From NCBI GenBank assembly GCA_002189035.1, contig CM007989.1, positions 1,302,001-1,366,000 on the forward strand: DNA of 64,000 bases. The letters are read 5' to 3'. The translations under genes were made by a program, and so were the position numbers. Numbering within the stretch: the first letter of the stretch is position 1; each line of letters opens with the position of its first letter. Positions 1-14,718 of the stretch are shown in pieces. The DNA comes from Utricularia gibba (lineage: Eukaryota > Plantae > Magnoliophyta). The notes below the pieces were generated by a model, which had not been told where the DNA came from, did no database searches, and saw only the letters and a list, made by a program, of their open reading frames with translations.

Positions 1-1181
1 TCTGTTAAGGATGCATATTTTTGCCTGGATATTTGGCTTCATTTATACATTCTAGATTGTTGGAACCAGGAGGCTACAACCCCCCCGGTGCAAAGTTGCT
101 GGAATGTTCTAGAGGCTTTTACCAGAAAGCGGTCACGTTTGTGGAAGAAAGCATCATGCTGGCCTTCTTGACAAGTGCCAAGCATCTTATCATTCTGACA
201 AGATAGTGAGAAAGTCAAACCCCTCCTTAAGTCTCTGTAGATGCTTGAGAAGATCACATGAAAAGGGCCGGAATGGAGCTAACTGTTAGATCGGTTCATT
301 GCAAAGGTCAAGTACACGTTCTTGTGTTCTTTGTTGGTAGGTGTGGAGGAATTCATTCTGGATCCCTACCATTTGAAGGTATATGCATCCTTATCAAACG
401 GGCTAAAGCTGCTGGCTTCGAAGGCCCTTGTTGGTTGGTTTCTCCAAGAAATGAAGGTAAATTGGGGGGGACACTGCACCGAAAACGAAACTGACTGGAG
501 GATGGGCAACCCACTTCTGTAAGGAAGTTACTCTGTAAAAGCAGCTCATGTCTCCCTTGCTTTCAAGTGGTGGGCACGGACACAGACTTGAGAGAAGAAA
601 AGTAGCAGTGAGAAGTGGGGCACGCCCAACTCCTCCCTCCCTCCTTCGTCTGTGTATCAGATTGGCAACACACGACGGGAGTCTCGTGTTCTTGGGAATG
701 GGTCGGCGCTCTTCCTGATCACGTGTTTCTTTCTATTCTCGCCGTTGCCGGCTCTAAATGTTTTTCCGATTTAATACCGGAGCAGCGTTGTGCTTTCAAA
801 ATCTCCATCGCTTTCTTTCTTCAATCAATACAAACCCCAACACAACACATGAAAAAAATGACCGTACAATCCAATCCATGTCACTCTCAACCCCACAAGA
901 AATAAAGAAATATATATATAAAAAAACACCCACAACAAACATTGAAAGAAAAAGGAAAGGAGAGGGGGCATTGCTTCTTCTTCCATTGGATTTGTACAAG
1001 ACGTTCAAGGCGCGCCCGGCGAAAAAATCTGGGAAGAGAAGTGGAACGAACGTCGTCCATAAAACTCAGTGTTGGTGTAAATGGGGGGGGGGGGGGAGGA
1101 GGGAAGGAAAAAATATATATATTTATATATTTTTTTAGCTGGAAAGCTTCATGGAAGAGTTCAGCATTCGCTTGGTCTTCT

Positions 1182-2030
1182 TCATGGATGTAGTGGGAGT
1201 TTGAACCACTGAAAACGACCCTCTGACGGCAATGGTTGATCCTTCAATATGTCGTAGTTATACCTAAGGAATTCATTCATTTTGGAATTGTAAGGTGGTG
1301 GGATATCCATGTTGAGAGAATGGGAGGAAGTTAGGATGTGTGAGTTACTTGGTGATGAATTCTTGCCGGAGATTGGCTTCCAGGGCGCCGAAGAATTCCT
1401 CGAGTTCATCTTCGGTAGGCGGGGCTTTTGCACTGCCGTGGGTGCCGGAATCAGTCACAATCACCGCCGACACAGACTCCGATGTCCTGCAAAAGTAGAA
1501 AGGTTTCTATTTAAAAACTCTTTGTTGTAAAGGACGAGGTACTTCGGCATTCATGGCATGAAAGTGAGGGAGAGAGAAAATGCCGCACAGAACCAGGAAG
1601 TTGGAGAAGAAGAGAGTAAAACCACAGAATCCAGAACTGGAGTTTCTCAAGTCGTATGTCTCTCTACCTTTCGCTAACATCCTCGACGTCCGCTGCCACC
1701 TCGCCGTCTTCATGCTGCGACTTCATTAACGAAAAAACGGTCGATCAATTCAGCGCCCTAGAATTTCAATTTGCATCACTACCGAAATCAATGAGAATCA
1801 CGAAATACCTCCAGATCTACGAATTCGAAACCGTTCCCCTCCGATCTCCTCTCCGCAAACGAATCTAAATCGCGAGTCCGACCATAAGTCTCACATGTCG
1901 AGTCCCCCGTGGTCTCCGGCAACGCCGTGTTCGATTTCGACAAACGCCTCACCTTCACGCCACCGCGATCTCCGATTTCGCTTTTCCTCTTCCTTCCCCC
2001 AGCCTCCTCCGCCTCCCACCTACTCCTCAT
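1182..2030 (-). CDS. KRP: Kip-related CDK inhibitor (KRP/ICK), 4 exons: 2030-1809, 1720-1668, 1486-1349, 1263-1182; about 164 aa
   Basis: The spliced product ends PTEDELEEFFGALEANLRQEFITKYNYDILKDQPLPSEGRFQWFKL, the plant KRP CDK/cyclin-binding motif. Splice sites are GT-AG and the phases are consistent. Confidence 0.9.
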
Positions 2031-3986
2031 TTCGCAATCCACAGACGTCGCAGAAACCACTGCTCCAAACGCGAAACGCACCAGAATTTACCTGCCACCT
2101 CCTCCTTTTTCCCAATACGAAAGCCTTTGTGACAGTGAGATGGCGTACCGCTAACGGCACTCGGCTATAAATAAGCATATCCGTTAACGGTGACGGCCGG
2201 CGCCGTTAAGTTAGATCTGACACAACAAGTTCCACTCCTAGTCACTCCTAGTCATTGAGTAATTATTACCTATTTTTTTGAAAGTATTTTCCCAAAATAA
2301 AAGGCAATGAAACAGTGATTATAAATAATAAAATAATTATTTTAAACGACTAGGGAGATTTGAATAATGATCAGCCCCTATTTTAATAATCTCATTTTTT
2401 TTATTCACCAATTATTAAACAAAAATATAAAATACCAACATTAAATAATTACAGGATCGTGTTGTTAGTTGTTACCTCTCTAGAGGATAAATGTTTCAAA
2501 ATCCACATATTTACTTATTATTTTATCTAAAAAATGTGACAGAACTCAGAAGACAAATTTACAGTTGCAGGAGGCAGGAGGGGGGGCTCCCATTTTGCGA
2601 AGAAAATGGTCCAAAATCTGCTTTTGTTTTTTTCTGGATAAAAGCAAAGAGGGAAACACTAGAACTTCGAGGGCTGCGCTGCGCGGTCTCCCTCATCTAT
2701 CTGCATCATTTCAAGGTTCAAACCAGAGCATCATCTATCTGCATCATTCGGAAAACCGGAAACCGGCGGCATGGTGCTGCTGCTCAGGCAGTGGCTTAGG
2801 AAACTAGAAGAAGCTCCGGGGGATGAACACGGCGAGTGGAAAGTGGGCTTCGGTGAACATGGGAAATCTACTGATGGGTGAAAGCGAGATCACCTTCATG
2901 AAAGGTACTGCTGTCGGGCATGGAAAGCAAAATAGTACTTGCATTTATTGATCAATGGGGGAGTTTTTTTATATATGTATACAAAAAAGTAAGGTACAAT
3001 TGGGTTAAAAACAACACAGAAAACTGTAATGGGGAGGGTGGAGTAAAAAACCCTGGTGGCTGGCTGGGTTTTTCTCTGTATTGAGGACATACATGTAATG
3101 CAATGTGATCTATGCTGCTGCTGTTTAGCCTTCCTACCTTTGTGGTAAAAGTGTACCTTTTTCACCGGCTTATGTGTAGGCAAATTCATTATTCAAGTCC
3201 TCTTGAGATCAGTTAAACATCTAGTCATTCATATATTCTTTCTTATACAATAAATTAAAAAATTCTAACACATGATTAAATTTCTAATTCATCCCTCAGA
3301 AGACTAGGATTCTGATATGAATGGAGGAGTGAGAGGGAGATTACAAGGAGTTCACCTCATTATTTGCTTCAAATTGCAGATTCTCTGGGTGCTGAGTGTG
3401 CACTGATTGAGGGGGAGGGGGTGCAGGGAATCTTTGTACTAGGGGGGAAAGGCAATTATTACCAAATTATACTGAAGATAGATGTGTTTTAAAAAGGGTG
3501 TCACATGTTGGGGGAATATGATGAATAATGCATGCACCTAGGGGGAGGGGAGGTGCATGATTCAAGTGGTCCAACAAAGTGCGCCACAATAAGCCATCAA
3601 TTTTCTTTTCAAGCACATACACATAGGCACACCCATGCCATGCCATGCCCTGGTGTCGTCCACACTATTTCAGGTTAGTGGGGATCTCTATAGTCTATTT
3701 CAAAGCTTCAAAGCTTCAAAGCAGGGATGAGTCAGTCGGGGAGTGTTCAGTGAGTAGCAGAAGGCATTCATGCACTATCTTGATTTGAATTTGAGGTGGA
3801 AAAATGGGGTTGATAGATAGATGATGGGAAATGATCAACTTGAAAATGATACATACCAGAACAAGTAGTCCTGCTAAAAGATGATGGAGACGAACTCACC
3901 ACCATTCACAGCTTTGACTGAGCTCTGAAGCCAAGGGAAGTGCAGAGGGATCGACCTGATCCGCCTTTTGCGATCATAACAGCCTT

Positions 3987-6900
3987 TCATCCTAGCAGAA
4001 AATAAGGATTGAATTCTTCCAAAGCAGAGGCTTTGAGTTCGAAATGCTGAGCCAAAGACTCTGCACCTGTCTCCAAATGCTTCTCATGGGACTTGAGAAG
4101 CAGTAAATACAGGTTCGAGATCAATGAATTGCTGAAGAAGCACCTAATGGTCTCCCCGAGTGCAGAAACTTCGGAAAGCATACGGTGCACATTGCCTGTT
4201 TCCACTTTCAAGATGGAGTTAGACAAGGCATAAATGGCTACAAGGTTGGCAAAAACTGGTAAGAATGCGTCTTTGTGATTGCCAATTCCACCGAACCAAC
4301 TGATGCTTATCCTTTTTTCTGTAAAGTCATTGGTGAATACCGTCAACTGTTCAAAGAACTTCTCTCTCCAAGTGTGAAGAAGCTCGATGAACTTGCTCTG
4401 AGATTCCCCTGAACTGGGATTGTGGAAGATGATATCTTCCAAGTGGGAGCAACAAATCTGGCAAATGAGTAGCTTTTCTTCATGATAATTATCAATTTCT
4501 TTGTCAAAGACACGTCTCACAAGATCTCCTTCTGATATAGTGTATATGGCATTGTTTGCAGCATTCATGATCCAACAACAAAGATAGTTCACATAACATG
4601 GCCAGCTGCGAAATGCGACTGAAAGATGCTGGAAACATGATTCTATTACCTTCTCAACTTGTGTAGAAACCATTTCCCCTGGAATCAAATCTTTGGGTTT
4701 TCTGGCTGTAAAACACTTTTGGACATCCAAAGCAAGTGTTTTCCTGAGCCCAGCATCTTCATCCTCTAAAAGTTTTATGGATGTTGACCACAAGTCTAGT
4801 ACTCTTTGAGCATAGAGTACGATGGCCTCATCAGGTTTGAAATCAGCAGGTAGATTTGTATAAGAGATTGGCTTGATGGTCACGAGAGAACCAATAACTT
4901 CTGTTTGTGTTAGCAAACCAGAAGCTACTATTGATTCTGCAGCAGCCTTCCGAATATTTACAGATTCTGATGCATCACTTGTTTGTTCAATCACATCAAC
5001 AAAATAACATAATGGCTCATATAAATCAGAAAACATATTACTTGGATGCGCTTCAATCACCTCAGGTATCCCTATGCATTCCGCTGAAAGGAAGCTCAAA
5101 CATAGGCTTGAGATTCGTCTAGTGCATACACCCATGCAGCATATCAGTGCCTGCCTGGTCTTTGCATGTCTGGTAATTTTGAAGATGGAAACTAACATGT
5201 TCCACAACTTGAGAACTGAGCGATAGTCCAAATCAACAACACATCTAGACTTTTCAAGTGATTCATTGGCTTCTACAAAGTCTAATGAATTCCATGTGTA
5301 AAAGATCTTCAGAATGTACTGTAGGCATTTGGGATGCTTCTCTGAAAGAAGGAGCTCCATGATTATATCTTGCAAATTGATATCAGTTAAACAAGCTTTT
5401 CTCGCTGCAGAATAACACTCATTAAGACTAGGAACTGGATTAGAGCCCCACATCCTCAGCGACAAAAGAAGCCACTTAAATGTTGCAATCCGTGCTTCGT
5501 AATATTTATGTGACATACACCGTAACAAGACATCCTTGAATTGTGTAAAATTAACATTCTCACATACTGCCCCCGCTGGACATCTTCTCACATGATCTTT
5601 TTCTACAATATCCGTAGAGGTCTGCATGACACAGTTAAAGTATGAAGTCGCAGCTTGTTTTTGAAGCTCTTGAGCAGTTGGATCGAAACATGAATGACCA
5701 TCAGAATTTCGTAGATCTAAGCAGTCTGAAGACAAATCCCAGAGAAGGTTCCAAATAAGAGATGCACTCTGGCTTGACTCACAGGTTCTTGCGATAGTGA
5801 GCATGGTATCCAGAAGCTTTACCATGCAACTATTTAGCATGGGACATGGACATAGTTGTGGTCTCCCAATCCATGATCTTTTTGAAATGATATTAATCAT
5901 CTCAAGTAGAATATTATCCTTCTTGCAGGAATCCGTTAGGTTCCTACAGTTGATATCGACGAGTGAATTCAACTGCAACAGAACTCCATGAATAAAGTTG
6001 AAGGAACAAAATGCCCCACTAACTGACAAAGAGTTACTGGAAGAAGGCTTTACAGTCAGGTCCTTGTTCAAAGGTAACTTTGAAGCCATATTGAACATGA
6101 CAGCTTCTAGTTCTCTGTAAGCAACAAGACTTACTAAGGCTCTTGAAGCAAGGACGCGGATCCTAAAGTTGCTTTGGACAGAGCAGCTCCTGATGAAAGG
6201 CATCAATAGAGAAGGATCAAGAGGATCTCCAGCTTCACTTGAGATAGGTGAAGGTTTGAGACGTGACAGAAGTATCAGCAAAGGGCACAAGCTTGGATGC
6301 ACAACAGTTTTCAGTACAGATTTTAAATCATCTGATGGTCCACCAATGAGCAACTTAGTCGCCATTTTGAGTTCATCAAGAAAAAATGAATGCAATGACG
6401 GGTACCTTCAGCCAGAGAAATACATATTAGAGTTTCAAGAAAGAAAGGAATTAATCCTTAACCATGCATATACGGTTTTTAAACATATATTTTCAAGAAA
6501 AAAAAAGAATCTCTCCATGTATCTGATTAACTACTCTAAACACTAAAATTATTAAAAAGCTCAAATTCCACAGTTACTAAACTTACCTGTGGAAGAATTC
6601 AAGCACAGTCAAAGCTCGCCTTGCATTGTCTTTTCTATGTACATTAAGAAATCCAATCATCCGACGAACCAAAGCTGTATATGCAAGACAAGCACTGTTT
6701 CGAATCTCCCAATATGAAGAAGAGAAAGAGCGTATAGAGAGCATCAGTGCCTCAGCACAGAAACCCGAAGTATCGGTAGCGAGATTCGTATCATTGAAAG
6801 ATGCCCGTAGGACATTGAAAGCATGCACAGTTGGGACAACACCTTCATCCCGAAACTTACTCGTTTCTTTGTTATCATTCATGTTAGGAATGGAAGAACA

Positions 6901-9900
6901 GCTAGTTTCTTCCTTGTTTGAGCTAAGTACCATGTCTCTTGTGTTAATTCTAGAACCGTTTGCTTTAGGGGAACCAGTCAAAAACTTCTTAATCACATCT
7001 AGGAGCCAGCACAATGCCCTTGGGAGAAGCACCTTAGGTGTTCCCTGAGGCTCAGCAAGAAAAAATGCCACATATGCAGCAGGTATACCAGCACTTCTTC
7101 GAAGAAGATCATCCACAGTCTGTCCCTCTGCCACAGTTCTTTCCATTAGTAGATCCATCCAGGACTCCGTTAACTGGCAAAGCCTGTAGATAAATCAATC
7201 ACATTAGAATTCTTAAAATTTCACTATCACGTGGTGCCACAAAAAAATATGTTCAGTTTTCATAGAGATACGTAATCACATAATATGCTCACAGTATCAA
7301 AGCATTTACCACTTGTTTGACTAGAAATCCCAGTGTCATTGGGTAAAGGAGTTTCAATTAAAAAAAAAACCTTGGGTTATTGGAGCATAGCAACCGGTTG
7401 CACAGTGCTGTGAACCCAGCTCTTGTCTTGTCGACTGCACCATTATGCTTCATTTTCAAAAGGACTTCAAGAAAATGATTCCCAATAGTCTCAAGTTGCT
7501 TTAGACTTAGCATATCCTCAGAATCTAAGGCAAACATTGCAATGCTACTGAGATCTGTTCCCACCATTTCAACAGAATTTGGTAAGGGGGCTTTTCTGAT
7601 TATAGTTCCCAAAAGAAGGCTCACCTATAGAGGAAGTAGTTTATTTTATAAAAATAGCAAGATGAATTAGTAAATGGGTTTCACGATAAAACCATGAATG
7701 AAATAACCAGAAAAAACATATGCTAACCTCTTTCATCGCAAGCCAACAACCAACCATCACGATCTGTTCAGAATGCCTCATTTCTTCATCAAGTCCTGTA
7801 ACTCCACAATCAATCTCTGATGCCCCGCCATACAACTCAGCATCATCTTGAACATCAATAACAAATCCATCACCATCAACCTCATCGACCATTTCATCAG
7901 ACAAGGAAAATGCTCCAGAGGAGACCACACCAAGGGCCAAGGAGGTTATTCGCAAAACCAAGTCCAAGAGCCTTTCTAGTTCACGTTTCATCTCAGAGGG
8001 AGAATTCAAAATGGCATTAGAGTCCCAATTCAGCTCCTCAAATGCATAGCGAATTGTCAGTAATATACCATGAACAAAGCTGTTCTTGCATGCCTCGGCA
8101 AGATTCTTCTCAGCATCCCCTACAGCAGCTGACAACCAGTCAACAAGTGATGCTAAATATACCATGACAGCAGAACTAGATGCATTAGGTTCATTGGCAT
8201 TCTTTTGCCGCTCAAATGCTGAACAAACATTGACAGTGTCTGAAAGAGGTTTTATTACCCAGCTCAGATCCAGCACGTACTTCCTAAAGATAAGCCGCAT
8301 GGTGAGAGCTCCAGCATCACTTTCACGTACACGTGGGCTACATATCAACTTTTTCGCCCATAAAACTGCCTCATGCACATCGTCTGGGAAGAAAATTCCA
8401 GGAAGTGGGGTGGGGAAATGCAGTAAAATACGGAAGGAACTCTCTCTAAGTCGATCCCAACTATCAACAATTGATCCAACCAGAAGCAAAGTTGAGTCAT
8501 ATGGATTAAAATTTCTGCTGTAAGGATGTTGTAAATTTTTCGAACCAAGAGAATCAAAATGCTCTTGTAACACAGAAGAAACAGGCCATATATCTATCAT
8601 GGTCAGTATAAGCTCCATTGCCATTATCTTTCTCTCATATGGCGCTGAAGGGTAGCATGAAAAAAACAAAAAGCAACTCAACCATTTCAAAAACTCCACA
8701 AGATTCCCTGCCTTGCACCTCGGCATTTTGTCAGCTCCAGAGTTTTGAGAAACTGAACTTGTATCTCCAGAATCCATAGCTTTGTTTGTTTCCAGCTTGA
8801 ATTGTCTTTCGAGTGCAGTATGTGCCCGAGAAAAGAACCTTCTAAACAAGCTCTTCCACTTCATCTGAAACGAAGTAGAACAGCATCTCATGTTCAAAGG
8901 TACAGCTTTTCTCATGAGACTAAGCTCAAAAGAAGATGGTAAACTGGCTGTTTTGGGATTTAAAAATATAGATTCTGCTGCATCCATGCGAAGTGATTCA
9001 TCTATACTACTTAAAGCTAATGTGAGCCATTTCACTGGGATTTCAACCTTAATGCCTCGAATCACAATAGAAACATACAAGTTACTTTCTTCCAACTCAA
9101 AAGCTTCTCCCTCATGAGCTGATGGTCTAGAGCACCAATCCATGTCTCCCTCTAAAAATGCAAGTACACGTGAAACTTTTAGCAGTGATATCAAGGCAGC
9201 AACTTGCTGTTTAAGTCCCAGGGCAATTCCTGGAGAACCGATTACCTTAGAAGAAAATGAAGCACCCTCCTCACACCCAATCCCAATTAATGAGAGCATA
9301 TAAAATATGCTATCCATGTCCAGATCAAGTAGAACAGGCAGCACGTAAGTTGTAAGGTTTGAGCGCAACTTTGCAGGTCCAAATGCAAGTTCTTGTAAAA
9401 ATGGTAGCAAGCACTTACCTCTATATTTGTTAAATCCTTCAACAACACCATCACTATTCCAGTATTCATCTCTTAAACACTCAAGGAGGCACTTGAGAAA
9501 TGTTGTAGCAGCGCAACACAAATCATCATCAATGTATGCCTGGATAGTTTCAGAAAGCAAGTTCTCACTCATGCCCAAAATAGTTTTGGCACCCAACCTC
9601 CTCGTTAGGGAAGCCAAAGGGACATATCTTCCCTTGCAACGCGGCCCTAGACTGAGAAAATTAGAGGCAATATTCCTCAGAAACAACTTTAAGCTATCAC
9701 CACCACCAACCCGTTTAAGGCTATGCTGGATGTCTAAATAGAGATCAAATATCAAATGAGCTTGCTTTACTGTTTGATTCAAAGGATCATCCAAATTAAT
9801 CCACACAATTTTTAGTATCCTTGACTCCATCTCCACGGAAATTGGATTATAGTCATCGGCAAGACCATCAGTTCTACTGTGTATTAATGTCTTTATCTGC

Positions 9901-11084
9901 TGCAGACATATTTGCATCACAGTTAAAGCATGAAAATTTGAATGGCTATCAGTGGGGTTTTCAGCATAGATACATATTTCAGGTAAAATGGCATCATACA
10001 GTATTGTCTTTCCAGAAGATCTAAAACCATTAAGACAAGTACACTCATTCAAACATTGACAGAGGGGTTCGCAATGAATGTCTAGTACCGCCCGTGGAAC
10101 AGCTGTGAGAATTCCCCTTATCAAGCAAAGTCTACTTAGAGGTGAAAATTTGCGAATTTCCCCAAGAAAATTACCTCTATAACGAATTTTGCTTAATACA
10201 GCGCTTAAATTATCGCTGGTTTCAGACTGATGAAAAACTCCTTGCATGATGAATATAGCAACCTCGTCATTGCTCAAGCACACAAGCAAGGCAGCTATGA
10301 GACTCACACCAGCAGCCACTAAACAGTCTCTCGTAAAAAAATTAGACCTCAAAATTCCCAGGATGCTCAGAAAAGTCATCTCCAAGATTCTCAGACTGCT
10401 GATCCCTGTATCATGGATTTTCTCAGATTCTAAATTAGAGAACTTACCGGGGTAGCGCTGAAGTAAGTAGTACATGCAAGAAAGCGCCTCTTGACATTGT
10501 TCCATGACAATTGGGGAAGGTCTGAACGAGTTATTTGTCTCATCAAGAACACTCTGCAGCCCCAAAACCACATCCAACGCCACCAAAGGCGCATTCTGAT
10601 CTACAACGTCAACCATGTAACCTAGCTTTGGGGTGCTCATAATCGACAAGGCAGCTCGCGAAACGCAGAACCTTTTCCCATTTATTGCACTCACCCTACC
10701 GCCGTACTCCTCACATAGCTGACGGAAACAGTCTTCAATCAGGCTCCGAAAGTTTTTGCATTTGGCCAACGGAGAAGCCAACGTCCGGTGCAACGGCAAC
10801 GAATTCTCCAAAAAAAAGATTTCTAGATACGACTTCGCCGCCACAGACACCATATTCGTATCCGACAATGGATCCGAAAGAAGACTGGAGAAAGCGGAAG
10901 CAACCTTCTTAACATGCTCAAGCTGGGAATAAGTGGAGTTCAGCGACGCAAGGTGCATCACTTCGGCGAAGAAAACAGAGTCGTAAGACGTTCTATCCAA
11001 TCCATCAGTGAAATATGGCGGGAAGACAATAGCACCGTAAGTATACCGGTGACGATGCTGCAAAGCACGCCATTTCGCCGACAT
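3987..11084 (-). CDS. THADA: THADA / Trm732-like ARM-repeat protein (DUF2428), 4 exons: 11084-7728, 7624-7371, 7183-6587, 6405-3987; about 2208 aa
   Basis: N-terminus MSAKWRALQHRHRYTY. DUF2428-type motifs IVMVGCWLAMKEVSLLLG, KMKHNGAVDKTRAGF, LRRSAGIPAA, SSYWEIRNSACLAYTALVRRMIGF. The exons join in frame (6627 nt). Confidence 0.93.
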
Positions 11085-11489
11085 AGTTCCCCTGCCGCCG
11101 TTACTTTAGAATACCAACCTCCGCCGCCGGCGGTGGAACTTCGGGAGGCGATTCAACGTCGATCACTACTCCAAAATCTTATTGGGCCCATTATTCGTTT
11201 CACTGAAACGAGTGTCCAATCAAAGCCCATTACCCGTCCGAAATCCCCTCCAAAAATTCAGTGACGTCACCAAACTTTTGAATTCATTTATACTTCTCTT
11301 CAAAACGTTTTTAAATTTAATATATTTCCAATATTTTAATTTTCATGTATATGTCATTTATTAATATTTTTTAAATCATTTTCCGGTTTTCAAACAACAC
11401 ATCTAATATTTTCGAAAAAAAGAAAAAAAATAAATTCAAAATTGGTCAAAAAGCTAACCAATAGAAATATCAGGAAAATAGGATGTGAT

Positions 11490-14400
11490 TTATTCACCTT
11501 TTTTTTCCGGGGTTTCGCCTGCAAGTTTAATCCTCTGGTGATGCTCTGCAACTTTGTAGTCGACAACCTCGTTGAATAAACCAGAGTCCAGGACACAGTC
11601 TGGGCGACCGTACACGGTTGCTTGGACACTTGCCATCAGTTTTGCAATCTCACGCCCAGAGAAGCCTTCGGTTCTTCGTGCTGCTGCTCGTATCACCTCG
11701 TCAGAGAGGTCTTTAATGGTGGTTACCTGCTGCGGTTTTCTTCGGAACAAGCGGCCCCATATCGACCTTCGGTCATCAGCTTCACCGGAGAGGTACTTCT
11801 TCAAGTAGAGCTTCATGAGCTTGAACCGCTCCTCTTCTTGAGGAAGTGGGAACTCGATAACTTCATCGATGCGATCGGTGACAGCAGAGTCGAGATCGCC
11901 CGGCCGGTTTGTAGCTAGAACAATGGCAACATCTCTCGACTGGTCTCCGGTGCGGAAGAGTAAGGCGTTCAAGGAACTTCGCTGGGCTTCACTCATGTGA
12001 ATGCTGTTACGCCTGCAGGCAAGAATTCAGGAAAATTGCAGATCAGAAGGAAAACTCCAATCTTCATTTAGGTAGTTATTTTCACTTGCTTTCAAGTGCA
12101 TGAATGCGAGTGTGTCTGTGGAGCTTCATGTGAAATGATACTTACTCACAGAGAAAAGCATCAGCCTCATCGATGAACAAAAGTAAACCCTTCTTCGACT
12201 TTTTGGCCCAATCAAATATCTCATGTATTTTGGTAACAGCTTGGGCACCCAGAGGTGCCACATCTCCTCCAGTCATCATTGCATAATCCAACCCCTGCTC
12301 CAACAAATTTGGAAGTACCCTGTGTTAGAAAAAACTTCCTATTGCCAGAAGCCACCAATGATAAAAAGTTGGCAAAAAATGATGGATGACCAGTGTTAGG
12401 TGAATGGAGCAAGAAACAATACCGATTTTCTAGCTATCTCCCGTGCAACCATGGTTTTTCCAGTACCAGGTGGCCCATAAAAAAGCATGTTTCTAAATGG
12501 TGCCTCATTAGTTTTGGTGTTAGCAGTAGCACGAGCAAGATGTTCTACTCTTTTTTGCAGTGACGGATGCAGGATGGCATCTCCAAGAGCAGATTTACTT
12601 TGCATGCTTGCCAGCGGCCCGGCTGCTGTGGTCGAACTTAGTAGCTTACTAGCTGCTTGAGTAACTACTCCGATCCCTGGGAATTTTGTCATTGATGATT
12701 CTCGAATCAGAGATGGTTGGCCTAAAATCCGGTTGACATATCCCCACATAACTCGCGCACCTTCCCTACAGACACAAAGCCATTACTATTTTCATTCTCT
12801 GAGACTACAGTGTAAAAAGCGGCCAGAAAAAAATATTCACAGGTGCAGAATTGCATGGAACTGAAATCTAAAACTCTTGGTCAAAATCACACAAAAATAG
12901 TCATCGTTTCTTTAGAATGAAAACCAGAGAACACAACCTAGTAGCAAAAATCCCAGCAGCCAATGCAGTCGATGCTCCTACGACCATAACCATCTTACTC
13001 TTGTCGGTCATCAGAATCTGAAAGCCCCCTGAATATCATGTGCATTTGATTAGAGGACGCAGGGGGTGGGTGAGGGGATTTTACTCCAAAGACTATTCTG
13101 AAAGTTTACTGTGAAATAAGAAATCAAATCATATGGACAACAAGATACCAACCACTAATATGATTAAATGTCGTATTAATTGCAGCAAGCCACTTCTCCT
13201 GTTCACTGCGTATCTGCTCAAGAAGTATCCTCCTATTCTGTTCTTCAGTGAGTCTTGCTTCATGAGCTCGTGCCTCAGCCTTTGCCATTTCCTCCACCCT
13301 TGTTGTTTCCCGCTGAATCTCAGCTCTCTCTTTTTCAGTCAGCCTTTGCTGCGCCTGTATTTGCTCTTCAGTAGCTCTTCTTGCGTGCTCTGTTCTATTT
13401 GATGATTCCTCTTGCATTTGAACCAACTCTATATTATGACGCCTCTGAGCTTCATGGTCTGTCTGAGTTCAGCAAGGTTTGAATAAATGCTAATGAGATA
13501 AAAATTCCAGAGAGCACTCAATTCAAAGATGGAAATGCTTCGAAAACGCAAATTTCATGTTGCCGTTGGCTGCAAAAAATAAATGGTAAACAAAAGAGAT
13601 GAACTCTCATGACCTGCATTCTTTTACGAGCAAGCTCATCTTCATATCTAAGGAGTTGCGCTTTGGCTTGAGATTGCTGCTGATATAGGTTCCTCTGATC
13701 TTCTGCAAACTTTCGTTGTTTCTCCTGCATTCAAGCCTCAATCTTTAAAACAGGAACACAAAGAAAGTGATTGATTGACAGGAATCCCTGACCAAACAGA
13801 CAGAAGAGTTAATAAAATAAACAAGGGTTTCGATGAATGAACTGAATAAAAACGTGAAATATCAACATCAGAATGCAATTCCGATTCATAGGACATACAG
13901 TATCTAATCGCACATAACACCACTAACACCACTCACAATATCAGCATGGGCTTGAATTGCTGCAAAATGAGCCTTTTCCGCATCCAGTTCAGCCAGCCGT
14001 GTATGCTCCTGCTTCCTCATCACTTCAAAAACCTTCATAAAAGAAATGCATTCATGTCAAAAGGAAACCCACCAATCAATCACAAACAAGAAAAAGAAAT
14101 ACATCAAAATAGACGCACCTGCTTCGCCATAGGCGAGTTATTGATTTCTCTAAGAGCCTTGGCCCCCCTCTCCAACGCTTCTGGATCAAAGCCACGCTTG
14201 GAAACCTCGACAGTTGGTTGAGAATAGGAACCCGATCCCTCTGCCTCAACCGCCTCGGGCGTCGCGGGGGTGGCGTTTGAGGAACCCGAGAACGGAGAAA
14301 ACCTTGACGGACCATCAGCATACGCTACCGTTGATCCAGAAATCGCCATGGCCACCGCCACAGCAGCCTTCGCTGGGAATCTCAACCTCGAAGCCGACAT
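11490..14400 (-). CDS. ATAD3: ATPase family AAA domain-containing protein 3 (mitochondrial), 8 exons; about 634 aa
   Basis: [18 protein letters not shown], coiled-coil [13 protein letters not shown], Walker A GPPGTGKT, Walker [22 protein letters not shown]. All exon phases checked. An in-frame upstream ATG at 14409 is an alternative start. Confidence 0.95.
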
Positions 14401-14458
14401 ATGACGCATTCAATGGAAAATCAGCAGTGGCTTGGGGGTGAGGAAAGGGTTTAAGCAC

Positions 14459-14718
14459 TAGGGTTTATGTATGCCACAGAAGAGATAGACAGAGACTGGG
14501 GAAAGACGATTCCCAAGTTTAAAATAATAAAACCTAATTTTATTATTATTATTATTCTCCAGTTTTGCCAATCACTTCTTCTACGGTTCTACCTCCCGCT
14601 TTCTTGTTACATTTGGGCCACCCGTAGCACGGCCCATTAAAATCACGGGCCATAGATGGGCTACAGATCAAGGCCCTTTTATTTTTCTATTCCAACTATG
14701 AGTCACTATTAATGGGCC
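14459..14718 (-). promoter_or_regulatory. ATAD3 promoter: telo-box (TAGGGTTT 14459-14466) and four site II (TGGGCY) motifs at 14614-14718
   Basis: Motifs read directly upstream of the ATAD3 start. Site II/telo-box pairs are typical of nuclear genes for mitochondrial and translation functions. Confidence 0.6.

Noticed and set aside
1-600. Exon-like fragments (DCWNQEATT..., VEEFILDPYHLK) that could be the 3' end of an upstream gene or a retroelement relic
   Set aside because: No frame gave a recognisable motif, stops are frequent, and the context is cut off by the window edge.
2233-2362. 10-bp tandem CACTCCTAGT with a partial inverted copy GACTAGGGAG, considered as MITE ends
   Set aside because: The inverted match is too short and imperfect, and no target-site duplication is evident.
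6169-10912. Numerous + strand ORFs antisense to THADA, and similar antisense ORFs over ABCB, TTM3, ROXY and the 120-bp repeat
   Set aside because: Shadow ORFs of real coding sequence on the opposite strand, with no independent motifs.
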